Source: a virus
Lineage: Duplodnaviria; Heunggongvirae; Uroviricota; Caudoviricetes
IMG/VR virus record: IMGVR_UViG_3300031413_000001
DNA: 64,000 bases
Direction: 5' to 3' (one strand)
The notes beneath the pieces are model-generated. The model made no database searches and was not told the DNA's origin. It saw nothing but the letters and a program-made list of their open reading frames with translations. Positions 39,462-48,652 of this stretch are shown piece after piece. A program made the translations under genes and the position numbers. The first letter of the stretch is position 1. Every line of letters begins with the position of its first letter.

Positions 39462-39896
39462 TCAACCAGTTATCTTAGCCAGTTCCGCTTTTAGGAGCAT
39501 CTCATAGAACTGGACATTCTCGGCCACGTTCCAGAAACGATTCATCCCACTTGTATGGGGAATGTAGAGGGCACGGAGATCGCCACTGCTAACGGGGTTT
39601 CCTGCTATCAGGGCACCGCCATAGACACGCGCTGCCTCGGCTCCCACAAGGATTGTTAGCCAGGGACCCTCAAGGTCCATTAGTATCTTGCGGAGGCGGG
39701 TTCGCGCTTCATCAAGTTCCAGAAGCTTCTCGCCATCATGACGAGCGTTGATGCGACGGATTGCATGATAGGCATCACTGTCCAGAGCCATCATCTTGGC
39801 AAGCCGCGCAGCCGCGCCAGTGGTCGTGTGGATGAACAATGGATCTTTGGGATCCGTGTTGGGTCCAGGCCGATCGCCTACAATGAGAACATTCAT
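39462..39896 (-). CDS. Uracil-DNA glycosylase superfamily-like protein
   Basis: LIVGDRPG...ILVGAEA...PHTSGMNRFWN. Confidence 0.55.
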   Translation of the reverse strand: MNVLIVGDRPGPNTDPKDPLFIHTTTGAAARLAKMMALDSDAYHAIRRINARHDGEKLLELDEARTRLRKILMDLEGPWLTILVGAEAARVYGGALIAGNPVSSGDLRALYIPHTSGMNRFWNVAENVQFYEMLLKAELAKITG

Positions 39897-40368
39897 AGCG
39901 GAATGCTACGCTAGGGAGCATTGGGCCGCAAGATACTAAAAGTGCTCAATCTCCGCAGGGCTTATAGTGACCGTCTCATCGCCCTCGTAGGGGTGGCTGT
40001 AATCAAAATAGACTGTGATCGTGTCGTCGGCCTCAATATAGAAGGATTCCATATGGGCATGAGTGGTGAAGACCTTGAAGTCCTTTTCAGACTTCTCGGC
40101 CTCCACGTGCTTTCGAGCGATCTCCTCGATGACTCTGCTGAGTCGACTGTGGTTATCGATTACAGCTTCGATGATCGCCAGTTGCATCAGAAGAACAGTG
40201 AGATCAGATAGCCCGCTGCGCCGAAGAAGCTCACGAAGACCACGAACCAGCAGAAGGTCATCTTGACGTTGATGTTCTCATAGTTCTTCAGCGTCAGGAG
40301 ATTGGCGACGAAAAAGATCGTCCAGAGAATGAGCCCGATTGCGATACCGATGAACATGGTTTACTCCC

Positions 40369-40818
40369 TCAGATATAATAGCTGGTCTGGTGATTTTCTT
40401 CGACAGCCTGCTCAAGATTGAAATTGTAGTTGCGCCAGGCGAATCCGTAAAGATCCATCGACTTGGCGCCTGCACCATAACGTGGCTGGACCGTTACGCG
40501 CTTGTCGGTGATGTTGGTGATCACGCCCAAGTAACGAAGATTGTAGCTGTCGTACTCGACAGTTTCGCCGACCTTGAACGTCCGATCCACGGCCTTGTTA
40601 TTGTAAGTGCCGAACAGTCGGATGAACTTGACACCTTCGCGCTTGCCGACAGTTGCCTTGAGGCCGCTGTCCTGACCAGGATAGACCTGACCATAACGCT
40701 TGCGCGTCTTGCCCACCACTGCGACCGTCTTGTCGGCGGCCAGCTCAACGAGTGCGCGACCGTGTGCTGCCACTAGGGGCACTACTGCGTCAAAACGTGC
40801 CTGCTGCTCTGCGTTCAT
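40369..40818 (-). CDS. Hypothetical phage protein
   Basis: AGGAGATCGAAA-ATG; EYDSYNLRYLG. Confidence 0.7.
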   Translation of the reverse strand: MNAEQQARFDAVVPLVAAHGRALVELAADKTVAVVGKTRKRYGQVYPGQDSGLKATVGKREGVKFIRLFGTYNNKAVDRTFKVGETVEYDSYNLRYLGVITNITDKRVTVQPRYGAGAKSMDLYGFAWRNYNFNLEQAVEENHQTSYYI

Positions 40819-41155
40819 TTTCGATCTCCTCGTTGCCGATGTTCTGGATCTAACACCAGAACAGATAGTTGCAACCACTTTTTAGACGTCGCAGAATCTT
40901 TCCACGCCGCGCTTGCAAAGCACCTGCTCATCGTGCTTCATCATGCGATCAAAAGCAAAGAGCACCGCACCAGCGAGCAGGACCCAAAAGAGGATCAGGG
41001 GAAGGCGCCGCATCACGCCGCCTCAACCGGCTTGAGGAGAACGGAATGCAGACGCTCCAGCATATCGTAGATCTCCTCTGGGGTCTCCAGACCAGTGAGC
41101 GCGAGGTCGGCCACGATCTCTCCCTCGAGTGCCTTGGGCATGATTTCCTGTGCCA

Positions 41156-41590
41156 TCAGCGACGACCTCCGAGGAAGTTGCCCAGCTCGCTCATAAACAC
41201 CTTGCTGGCATTCTTGGGATCATTCTGGATTGCGTCCCTGACCCGACGCTCCATGGCGTCTGCCTCGATCTGGATCGTTTCCTGGTGCATCCGCTTTGCA
41301 AAGTCCTTGTCCTCCTGGGACATTGCCTCGCTGGGGACCGGCTTCGCACCTGCTTCAACGTAGCGCGTCCGCTTGCCGTGGGGCACGATCTTGAGAAAGC
41401 CTAGCGCCGCAGTTGCCTCGATCAGCCGGACCGCGTTGGGGTTGCCAGTGCCCGACGTGCCCCAGATCGCCGTCGTGGCCTCGGTCATCGTAAAGCGCGC
41501 CTTGCCCTGGATTTCCAGCTCGTTGAGAACGTGGGCTGCCGTGCTTGCTGCCTTCTGCGCGCCCTTGCTCATCTCGTTCCAGTTTGCCAT
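41156..41590 (-). CDS. Hypothetical protein (possible winged helix)
   Basis: Promoter element and RBS. Confidence 0.6.
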   Translation of the reverse strand: MANWNEMSKGAQKAASTAAHVLNELEIQGKARFTMTEATTAIWGTSGTGNPNAVRLIEATAALGFLKIVPHGKRTRYVEAGAKPVPSEAMSQEDKDFAKRMHQETIQIEADAMERRVRDAIQNDPKNASKVFMSELGNFLGGRR

Positions 41591-41856
41591 CGACCGATCT
41601 CCGTGTTGCTTGCCTATGTTCTGGTTTTAACACCAGAGTCAGGTGCGTCAACCGGGAAAATCACCCAAGGCTGCAATCAGTTCAACCTCCCAGACGCTTT
41701 TGTCCAGACCATACTGGTCGTCGTTGGTATAATGTTCGCGAATCTTGTTTTCCGCATCCTCGTAGTCGGTGCCCCAGACCAGCGTCTGGACCTTTTCCTG
41801 GTAGCTCTTTTCCATGTAGGGGCTGACGTGGAGCGTTACATTGGCCAGATACAGTT

Positions 41857-42456
41857 TCATGCGCTGATCACATCCTCCACCCTGTAAATGTGGAAGCCGC
41901 AGATCATGTCGATGTGGGTGTCATCGTACAGATACTCGCAACGCGGCTTCTGTTTGCCATAGTAGGTTCCGTTCTTGTGGTAGCGGAAACCACCCTGCGG
42001 ACTCTGGTGCTCTCGCTTGATGCCATAAAAGGTTAGAAAGCGGGGGATCTCGTCATCAGCGATGTGCGGAAAGCATTCAAGGAACTGTTCGGGCGAATCG
42101 CAAAGCCCGTATGCACCCAGACCTTCCACGCCGCGGTACGGCCCCTTCTGGTACTTTTCCGAGTACAGTTTGTTCATCTTCCGCTTGTAGGCGCTCCGGG
42201 CCTCGTGATAGCCCTCCCAGTTGTCCTTTCGCATCAGCTCATAATAGGGAGGAACATCCTCGACCACTGTCTGAACGATGTCACGAACGTTGAAGTTGCC
42301 ATTTGCCACGTACATGCCCTTGGCCATGCGTGGCGGATGGCTGAGCTCCAGGGGCAGGAGATCATCAGGATTCTTGTCGTTGTGCTCCTCGGCCAGCGCC
42401 CTGTATCGTGCCTGATGGTCGTCTGCGAAGGGGCGGAACGTGATATCAACGAGCAT
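41857..42456 (-). CDS. Conserved-type hypothetical phage protein
   Basis: YGLCDSPEQF...GGFRYHKNGTYYG...EYLYD. Confidence 0.7.
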   Translation of the reverse strand: MLVDITFRPFADDHQARYRALAEEHNDKNPDDLLPLELSHPPRMAKGMYVANGNFNVRDIVQTVVEDVPPYYELMRKDNWEGYHEARSAYKRKMNKLYSEKYQKGPYRGVEGLGAYGLCDSPEQFLECFPHIADDEIPRFLTFYGIKREHQSPQGGFRYHKNGTYYGKQKPRCEYLYDDTHIDMICGFHIYRVEDVISA

Positions 42457-42952
42457 TGCGCTTGGCCTTCAGCTTGTCGATCAGATCCTGTTTGGCCGAC
42501 GCGCTGCGGTTGCGCCGCTTCTGCCACTCAGGAGCCTTTTTATCCTCGTCGAGCAGCCGATAGTTCTGATAGTCGATGTTGGGAAAATACTCATCGAAAC
42601 CCAGATAGTTGATGGTCAGCTTTCGCTCGACCAGTTGCTCACGCCACATTGGCCCTTCCTCGCGGCTCTCGCGCTCTGCTGCGCTCTCATGCGTGAAGGG
42701 ATTGAAGTGGTAGCTTTTGCCCAGGCCAGGCTCGCCAACGATCGCCAGAACCAGCGGAGCGTCCCGCATATCGTGCTGCAGGGCTGGGAAATCGCTGATG
42801 TGGGGACCTATCAGGAGAGCGACGCCATCCCAGGCCGCCGACGACAGGGTAAGCGGAGCGGAAGGCGGAATGGTCATCCCAGCATCCTTCATCTGCGATT
42901 CGATGATCGCGTCGCAGCAAGCGTTATAGGCTGCCTTCATTTCGTCGTCCAT
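42446..42952 (-). CDS. Hypothetical protein
   Basis: ORF in operon. Confidence 0.6.
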   Translation of the reverse strand: MDDEMKAAYNACCDAIIESQMKDAGMTIPPSAPLTLSSAAWDGVALLIGPHISDFPALQHDMRDAPLVLAIVGEPGLGKSYHFNPFTHESAAERESREEGPMWREQLVERKLTINYLGFDEYFPNIDYQNYRLLDEDKKAPEWQKRRNRSASAKQDLIDKLKAKRNAR

Positions 42953-43171
42953 GTTCAGAAACTCCGCGAGATAAAGCTGGCTGCATCATACAGCCCAAGC
43001 TGGTTGGCGACATCGTAGAGACGGGCCAGCTGGTCGTTCAGAGCGCCCTGGCTTTGCTTGAAGCGCGGAAGATCTTTTACATCCTCTGCCTTAAACGCCC
43101 GTTCGATCTGCATCCACTGTCTCCTCGTTGCCTATGTTCTGGGTTTAATACCAGAACAATCCTTGTCAACC

Positions 43172-43208
43172 AAGAAAATGGGGTGGACTGCGCTAACAAT
43201 CCACCCCA
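43172..43208 (-). terminator. Intrinsic terminator
   Basis: TGGGGTGGA/TCCACCCCA stem plus UUUUCUU. Confidence 0.7.
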
Positions 43209-43388
43209 CGATCTTTGTCTTTCTCCAGCTTCGCGGCACACCCCGTCTTGAGCACCCTTACCCGACCGCGTTTACCTCCCGGGACGACAATGATTTTTGT
43301 CTACAACGAGATCGTCACCTTTGGCAGCTGGAGCCTCCAAGCCCAAGACGTTCGGACTTTTTGAAATCGGGGGCACCAAACTTGTTCA
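43172..43388 (-). ncRNA. Candidate pseudoknotted ncRNA with its own promoter and terminator
   Basis: TTGACA-N16-TAAGTT promoter; crossing helices 43341-50/43244-53 and 43326-33/43223-30; terminator 43172-43208. Confidence 0.55.
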
Positions 43389-43424
43389 ACCAACTTAGCT
43401 TCTAAAACTCTACTGTCAACCGTC

Positions 43425-43856
43425 TTATGGAACAAAACGCTCCAGGGGCTGGCTTGCAATCTGTTCAGCTTTGGCCTTGCGGAACACCGTTTGCTTGGTG
43501 CCACGCTTTGTCTGATTGGCGTTGATCTTGTAAGTGACAATCCGCGCCGTGCGACCATGCTTGAGCATCGTCATCCACATCAGCTTTAGACCATCGCGTG
43601 ACCACCAGGCGAGAAGCTGCTCCATACTGTCAAAGCCGCAAAACCACTCACGCCGGCCATTGAGCTCCCAGTCGCGTTGCTTGGTCCGGCTCATCTTCAG
43701 GCCCAGCCAAAAGACGCGGAGTTCCTCTTCCTCTTCGGGGCTGGGATGACAGAGCCGATCCTCATTTCCCTCCAGGACTGCGCGGGTAAAGCGATGACCA
43801 AAGCCGGCACTATAAATGCCCTTGCCTTCGTCGCTTTCGATCCTGTAAATGAGCAT
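43425..43856 (-). CDS. Conserved-type hypothetical phage protein
   Basis: IYRIE...HPSP...CGFDSMEQLLAWW...KQTVF. Confidence 0.7.
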   Translation of the reverse strand: MLIYRIESDEGKGIYSAGFGHRFTRAVLEGNEDRLCHPSPEEEEELRVFWLGLKMSRTKQRDWELNGRREWFCGFDSMEQLLAWWSRDGLKLMWMTMLKHGRTARIVTYKINANQTKRGTKQTVFRKAKAEQIASQPLERFVP

Positions 43857-43915
43857 CTCGATCTCCCTGCTGTCCAATCCTGAATAGCAGAACTGGACAG
43901 GGGATCAACCGCTTT

Positions 43916-44203
43916 TTAGCCCTCGTGGTGATAAGTTTTCACAAGCTTCAGAGCCTGCGTGAGCGTCTTGACGTCACCAACATTCCAATCGTCAACCGAC
44001 CCGCTCGTCAGGACAATTTCCATATCTTCAGTAAAGTCGAAGCGCACAAGAGGAGCAGTCATATTGTAGACTGCAACGTGGCGAGCAACACCGCCTTTGA
44101 CAAAGTAGGAGCGCAGGATAAAGGTCAGCGCGCTACCAACGGTCTTAAAGCTGCGATCGCTGGCGTTACCATACGGGCTGTTTGGCGTTGCGATGATCTG
44201 CAT
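43916..44203 (-). CDS. Hypothetical protein
   Basis: Promoter element and RBS. Confidence 0.65.
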   Translation of the reverse strand: MQIIATPNSPYGNASDRSFKTVGSALTFILRSYFVKGGVARHVAVYNMTAPLVRFDFTEDMEIVLTSGSVDDWNVGDVKTLTQALKLVKTYHHEG

Positions 44204-44469
44204 TTGCTCACTCCTGTTTGTTCCGATAAACAGACACTAGCAGGACTGGTGAGCCGCGCAACCAGTTTATCGCTTCTCGCGGAAGAAAACCCACAAAAAG
44301 ACAAACCCCCAGCCAACGACCACCAGCATGACGATGATGTATTGGCCGACGAAGTTCTGGAACAGGGTGTACTTGGGATCGTTCTTCGCGCAGGCGTCCA
44401 TGGTATCACAGGCAAGCCAGGTACCCGTGGCAATGTAGGCGAGGGCGATGACTTGAAAGATCAAGTCCA

Positions 44470-44763
44470 CTAGCAGGGGACCTTATCGCAATAGTCGAGC
44501 GGCGAGCAGAACTCTTCGCCTTCCTGGTCTGTGCCATAGACGATACCGTCGATGATTGCTTCGACCTGAACGGTCTCCACCCAGCCACGCGCCACTTCCA
44601 TCAGGACCATGTCCTTGGGCTGAATCTCGCGAGTCATCTCACTGGCCGCCACAATCTCTGCCCAGCTGAATGAACCAACGGTTGACGAACCCGTTGCGAT
44701 CTCGGCCAGTTCCTGGGCCGAGAGGTTGCTTTCTGCTAACCGGGTCTTTGCTTGTTCAATCAT
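44470..44763 (-). CDS. Hypothetical protein
   Basis: AGGAG RBS. Confidence 0.6.
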   Translation of the reverse strand: MIEQAKTRLAESNLSAQELAEIATGSSTVGSFSWAEIVAASEMTREIQPKDMVLMEVARGWVETVQVEAIIDGIVYGTDQEGEEFCSPLDYCDKVPC

Positions 44764-45183
44764 CGTCTGCTCCTTTGTTGCCACGTGTTTAGCACCTCAA
44801 ATCCTGGAGTCAACCAGGATTATCGGCGAAAACCCTCACCAATGTTGTGAATCTTGATGCCGGTGGGCTTGACGAGACGGCGGATTTCGGTTGGCGTCGT
44901 GTTGCGAACCTGGATCCAATTCTGACGCGCTTCAGCGATCTGGATGCCCGCGTCCTCGAGCGCGCCAACGGCTGCTACTCGATCACCTGCGTTCCAGTTT
45001 TTGAGAACTACTTCCAAGCTGCGCTTGCCGGCCATCTTTGATCTCCTTGCTGTTGTTCTCTTTTTACAACCTGGTTACCAGCTTGCAACCAAAGAGTTCA
45101 CAGAAACATCAAAGAAACCATAAGGACGAGAAGGGCCAGCACAAGTGCCAGCCCCAGGTAGGATCCGAATTTGCTTTTGCCCA

Positions 45184-45489
45184 TCACATGCTCCAGTAAA
45201 GTTCGGTCGACGGATCGCAGCAACGAGGAGTATCGGCAGCGATCTGGATGGGCTTGCCGCTCATCATGTTCGTAACGGTCTTCATTTCCGGCTGGGCGGG
45301 CGCTACGGCGACGGGCTTTGCAGCGCGGACGAAAGCGTTTGCTTCCCGGGCGTTTGCACAAAGGGCAACACGTTCGTCGCCAGTCTTGAAGCCCTGCTTG
45401 AGCGTTACTTTGGACTTGCCGAACGCGAACTCAATCTTCTCGACCTTCTTGTTTGCCTGCAGGGTCTCGAACACTTTACCGATCTTCAT
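45184..45489 (-). CDS. Hypothetical phage protein
   Basis: C-term NMMSGKPIQIAADTPRCCDPSTELYWSM; promoter element. Confidence 0.7.
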   Translation of the reverse strand: MKIGKVFETLQANKKVEKIEFAFGKSKVTLKQGFKTGDERVALCANAREANAFVRAAKPVAVAPAQPEMKTVTNMMSGKPIQIAADTPRCCDPSTELYWSM

Positions 45490-45625
45490 TTTGCCAAACT
45501 CCTGTGTGCGTTTCCGATGTACCAGAAGTAGCACCAAGTAAGAGCCAGTCAACCAGAATAAGAGCCACTTTCCAACTCTTTTATTAACCCTAACAGGTAT
45601 AGTTAATGGGTCCAGGGTTCAAGGA

Positions 45626-45655
45626 AATGGGGAGAGTGGATCCACTCTCCCCATT
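45626..45655. terminator. Perfect 30-bp palindrome separating structural and early blocks (probable terminator)
   Basis: AATGGGGAGAGTGGA|TCCACTCTCCCCATT. Confidence 0.65.
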
Positions 45656-45667
45656 CTTAATCCAGAT

Positions 45668-46948
45668 TTAGCTTCCCATTGCAGCCATACCCACAACATA
45701 GTTGAACGGCACCTGCGGTCCAGTAGTGGTATTGATGTTTGGTGTTCCTGGAAGGACCATTGAATCAGTGGTTCCTGCAAAGGTATATCCAAACGGACGC
45801 TGTGAAGATGCGCCCGTTCCGTTGTTACCAAATACCAAATATCCATTCTTATAGAACATATTGGTGTATTGTGAATAAGCTGCTCCATTGCTGCTCATAT
45901 TGGTAAAGCCAGTCTGAGTCCAATTGATACCATCGTTACTGGCTAGGTAGTAGGCAGTAGAGGAGCTCGCGGTGTTGTTGCGGTTCATCGCGGCATACAG
46001 GGTACCATTTGCATAAACGACATCGTGAACGTAATGGCCAAGAATGTGTCCAGCGACTGTATTGCAAGCGGACCAGTTGACTCCATCATTGCTTACCATG
46101 AATGGAATACCAGCGGTATAGACACCGGCAGCAAGCCATAGCCCATTTACCCTGGTTATCATTGGACTCACGTAGTTGCTGACTCCATTGCTTTTTCCAG
46201 TGCTATCCGTTACTGGGATCCAAGTTGCACCAAGATCACTTGAACGCCATCCATAGATATTGACTGAACCACCTTGGGCAGTGTTTCCAAGGTTACCAAT
46301 GAAGATGTCACTTCCACTATCTTGTACCTTGGTAAAGTTTCTCAAATAGTGTCCGTTTGTTGAATCATAAACAAATGAGCCCCTAGCCGGAACGAGAAAT
46401 AGTGTCCACGCCAGACCATCAGCCGACCTTGCAACATACTGGTTTACTGGAGATGTAGAGCCTACATCTCCAAGCAACATCTGCATCCAAAAGTAACCGT
46501 TGGAAAAGCTCAGCTTTCCCATGACCTGATTGGTCGTTGGTGTTGTAGGAAGCACCGTTCCGCTTGGCAAAGTCAAAGTTACCGCACCGCTGTTCTGAGT
46601 AAATGCTGTATAGTTGACGCCATCAAGGCTTTTACGGACCACCAGAGCACTGTTGGGCATTGTGGAGTATGCACCACCGCCCTGAATCATGCCACCACTA
46701 CTGTTGGTGTCTCGGTTGGTGTTATTGTTGGTAAGAATCAACCACTGACCATTACCATAGACGCAATCCCAACCGCCCTGACCATTGCGGGTTGTCCACG
46801 AAACCAAGTCAGGACTGGTATAGGCATGGTTGCCATCAATGACCATGTAACGTTCTACGCGAGTGTTATTGACCGTGATGCCGAAGTTACGATCAGCATA
46901 AGCACCGTCACTGTCGGTTGCCCTAACAGTAAATTGAAAGTTTGCCAT
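45668..46948 (-). CDS. Virion protein with Asp-box/beta-propeller-like repeats (tail/receptor-binding candidate)
   Basis: Repeated S-x-D-G/L-x-x-W; N-term FTVRATD strand. Confidence 0.7.
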   Translation of the reverse strand: MANFQFTVRATDSDGAYADRNFGITVNNTRVERYMVIDGNHAYTSPDLVSWTTRNGQGGWDCVYGNGQWLILTNNNTNRDTNSSGGMIQGGGAYSTMPNSALVVRKSLDGVNYTAFTQNSGAVTLTLPSGTVLPTTPTTNQVMGKLSFSNGYFWMQMLLGDVGSTSPVNQYVARSADGLAWTLFLVPARGSFVYDSTNGHYLRNFTKVQDSGSDIFIGNLGNTAQGGSVNIYGWRSSDLGATWIPVTDSTGKSNGVSNYVSPMITRVNGLWLAAGVYTAGIPFMVSNDGVNWSACNTVAGHILGHYVHDVVYANGTLYAAMNRNNTASSSTAYYLASNDGINWTQTGFTNMSSNGAAYSQYTNMFYKNGYLVFGNNGTGASSQRPFGYTFAGTTDSMVLPGTPNINTTTGPQVPFNYVVGMAAMGS

Positions 46949-46959
46949 GTTTAGTTCCT

Positions 46960-48123
46960 TTACTGAACAGTGATAGTGTAAGCGCGAAGACTATACGCCT
47001 GAATATTGTCTATGACTCTAATGGTAAAATTGTAGAGGCCACTTTGCACATACTTAGTATTGGCAATGGTGCCACTGATCTTACCCGTACTGTCAATGGT
47101 CAAACCAATAGGGAGGCTTCCACTGTTGATATGAAGACGAGCCGTTCTACCCGAATAGGGATTAATGGAAAACTGGCCATTGACCGCGGTGCCCTTAGCA
47201 AACGATCCAATACTTCCACCATCGGTCATCAGCATCAGAGTCTGACCATTTACCACCAAGGAGTTATTGAGAATGGGATCCTTGGTACGATCATAGAAGA
47301 TAGGATCGGTAACCAGTTTGACTTCCGCACAAGTGCCGGAAATTACACCGCTTTTGGGTTCAAGATTCAATCCCCAGGGCAGCACGCCGTTGACCACTCG
47401 GTAGTTGCTAATAGTCTTGCCACTCTGACCAGTTGCTGCCATTGTGATCGTATTACCGTTGGCTCCCGACAACGTATCATTTTCGTTGAATACTTTAATC
47501 GTACCAGGGAGAGTAGTCCAAACCGGCGGAGTTAGGATGCTTGGACTTAGGCCAACATCAAAACCTGGGTTTAGTATTTCCGATGTTGAGCCAGTGATTG
47601 CACCTGTGCGAGGATTGAGCCTTAGACCCCAAGGCATGCCGCCACTAACAACCAAATAGGATTGGATTGTCTTGCTACCCTGAGGAGTTGCCGAAAAGGA
47701 TAGGTTTACTGTTGCGGTTTCACTGAATACGCCCAAGGTACCAAACGTCGTGTTCCACTTCGGTGGATTAACATTGGTGGCATCGGCAATCTGACTTCCC
47801 TTGAACTCACCAACCTTACCACTGATCACGCCGGTTTTGGGATCCAGTCTGAGACCCCAGGGAAGTGGTTTGTTACCAACAACTGCCACACCAGCTATCG
47901 TTTTACCAGCGCGGGGATTAACCACCAATGCAGGCAAACTAATGGTGTCGGTAACGTTTGCTGTTACCAGAATGGTATCCGCGTCTGGACTACTCCAAAT
48001 GGGACCCTGACCAACGTTTTCGGGACTGAGGTTTCCAACCAACTTACCAGTTGTGGATTCCATTGTGACACCTACGGGAAGATCACCTCCCTGAAGGCTA
48101 TATTGTATCTGACCTTTAGCCAT
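46960..48123 (-). CDS. Putative Ig-domain repeat virion protein
   Basis: Repeated LPWGLxLxPxTGxISG. Confidence 0.75.
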   Translation of the reverse strand: MAKGQIQYSLQGGDLPVGVTMESTTGKLVGNLSPENVGQGPIWSSPDADTILVTANVTDTISLPALVVNPRAGKTIAGVAVVGNKPLPWGLRLDPKTGVISGKVGEFKGSQIADATNVNPPKWNTTFGTLGVFSETATVNLSFSATPQGSKTIQSYLVVSGGMPWGLRLNPRTGAITGSTSEILNPGFDVGLSPSILTPPVWTTLPGTIKVFNENDTLSGANGNTITMAATGQSGKTISNYRVVNGVLPWGLNLEPKSGVISGTCAEVKLVTDPIFYDRTKDPILNNSLVVNGQTLMLMTDGGSIGSFAKGTAVNGQFSINPYSGRTARLHINSGSLPIGLTIDSTGKISGTIANTKYVQSGLYNFTIRVIDNIQAYSLRAYTITVQ

Positions 48124-48580
48124 TACTGTTTGCCATTACCCTTCCTGAGTAATCAGCACCGCTGTTACCCTGTCCAACATTACCGCTTGGTGTTACCCAA
48201 TTGACCTGCGTTCCAACATCCTTGACCACCAGATTGAACTCCCGGTCAGTAAAGAGGTTGGTGCGATCCGTAACCCTAGCAGTAAAGGTGTAGGTTGTGT
48301 CTTGACCAACCTGACCAATTGTTCCCAGCAAGTGGCCCGAGATAGCATTAAGTGAAACACCACTAGGCAAAGTTCCACTTTGAACACTATAGCTGGCAAT
48401 ATCACCATTGGGATCACTTGCGATCAGTGCGAAATCAATTGAGTCGCCTTCATTCCAAGCACCAATAAGTCCGGTTGGCGTATCCCATACCGGAGGATTG
48501 GCAACAGTGGGTGGGCGATAGATTCTTTTGAAATGGACTCTACCTCTGGGCCTGTAATGGCCAATCAATTTGATACTCAT
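48116..48580 (-). CDS. Putative Ig-domain virion protein
   Basis: SGTLPSGVSLN...YTFTARVTD...DREF. Confidence 0.75.
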   Translation of the reverse strand: MSIKLIGHYRPRGRVHFKRIYRPPTVANPPVWDTPTGLIGAWNEGDSIDFALIASDPNGDIASYSVQSGTLPSGVSLNAISGHLLGTIGQVGQDTTYTFTARVTDRTNLFTDREFNLVVKDVGTQVNWVTPSGNVGQGNSGADYSGRVMANSNG

Positions 48581-48601
48581 CAATACCTCCACCTAGTGCC
48601 C

Positions 48602-48631
48602 TATTTACCACTTCCGGCCCGTAGGTAAATA
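48602..48631. promoter_or_regulatory. Divergent T4-like late promoter boxes (TAAATA on both strands)
   Basis: TATTTA 48602-48607 and TAAATA 48626-48631 between divergent structural genes. Confidence 0.55.
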
Positions 48632-48652
48632 TAGAAACTAGGGAGTATCGTA

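Larger units (their letters stand above)
141..45560 (-). promoter_or_regulatory. Family of about 50 dispersed early promoter/leader elements: ctggTTG(A/C)CN-N16-TA box with flanking CTGG/CCAG, leader AT(C/A)GG(A/C)AAC and RBS AGGAGATCGA
   Basis: Copies read at e.g. 1160-1202, 2812-2860, 3575-3622, 9030-9072, 10258-10302, 11885-11930, 22700-22746, 33440-33486, 39425-39470, 45513-45557; resembles the alphaproteobacterial sigma70 consensus TTGAC...GCTANAWC. Confidence 0.85.

Noticed and set aside
42446-42952. P-loop NTPase (GEPGLGKS)
   Set aside because: Walker A-like string without a recognisable Walker B or enough downstream domain; left as hypothetical.
197-45541. Numerous long plus-strand ORFs in the ORF track (e.g. 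4521-5432, 7993-8835, 12318-13226, 24182-25174)
   Set aside because: Antisense shadows of GC-rich minus-strand genes; no RBS, promoter or protein motifs.
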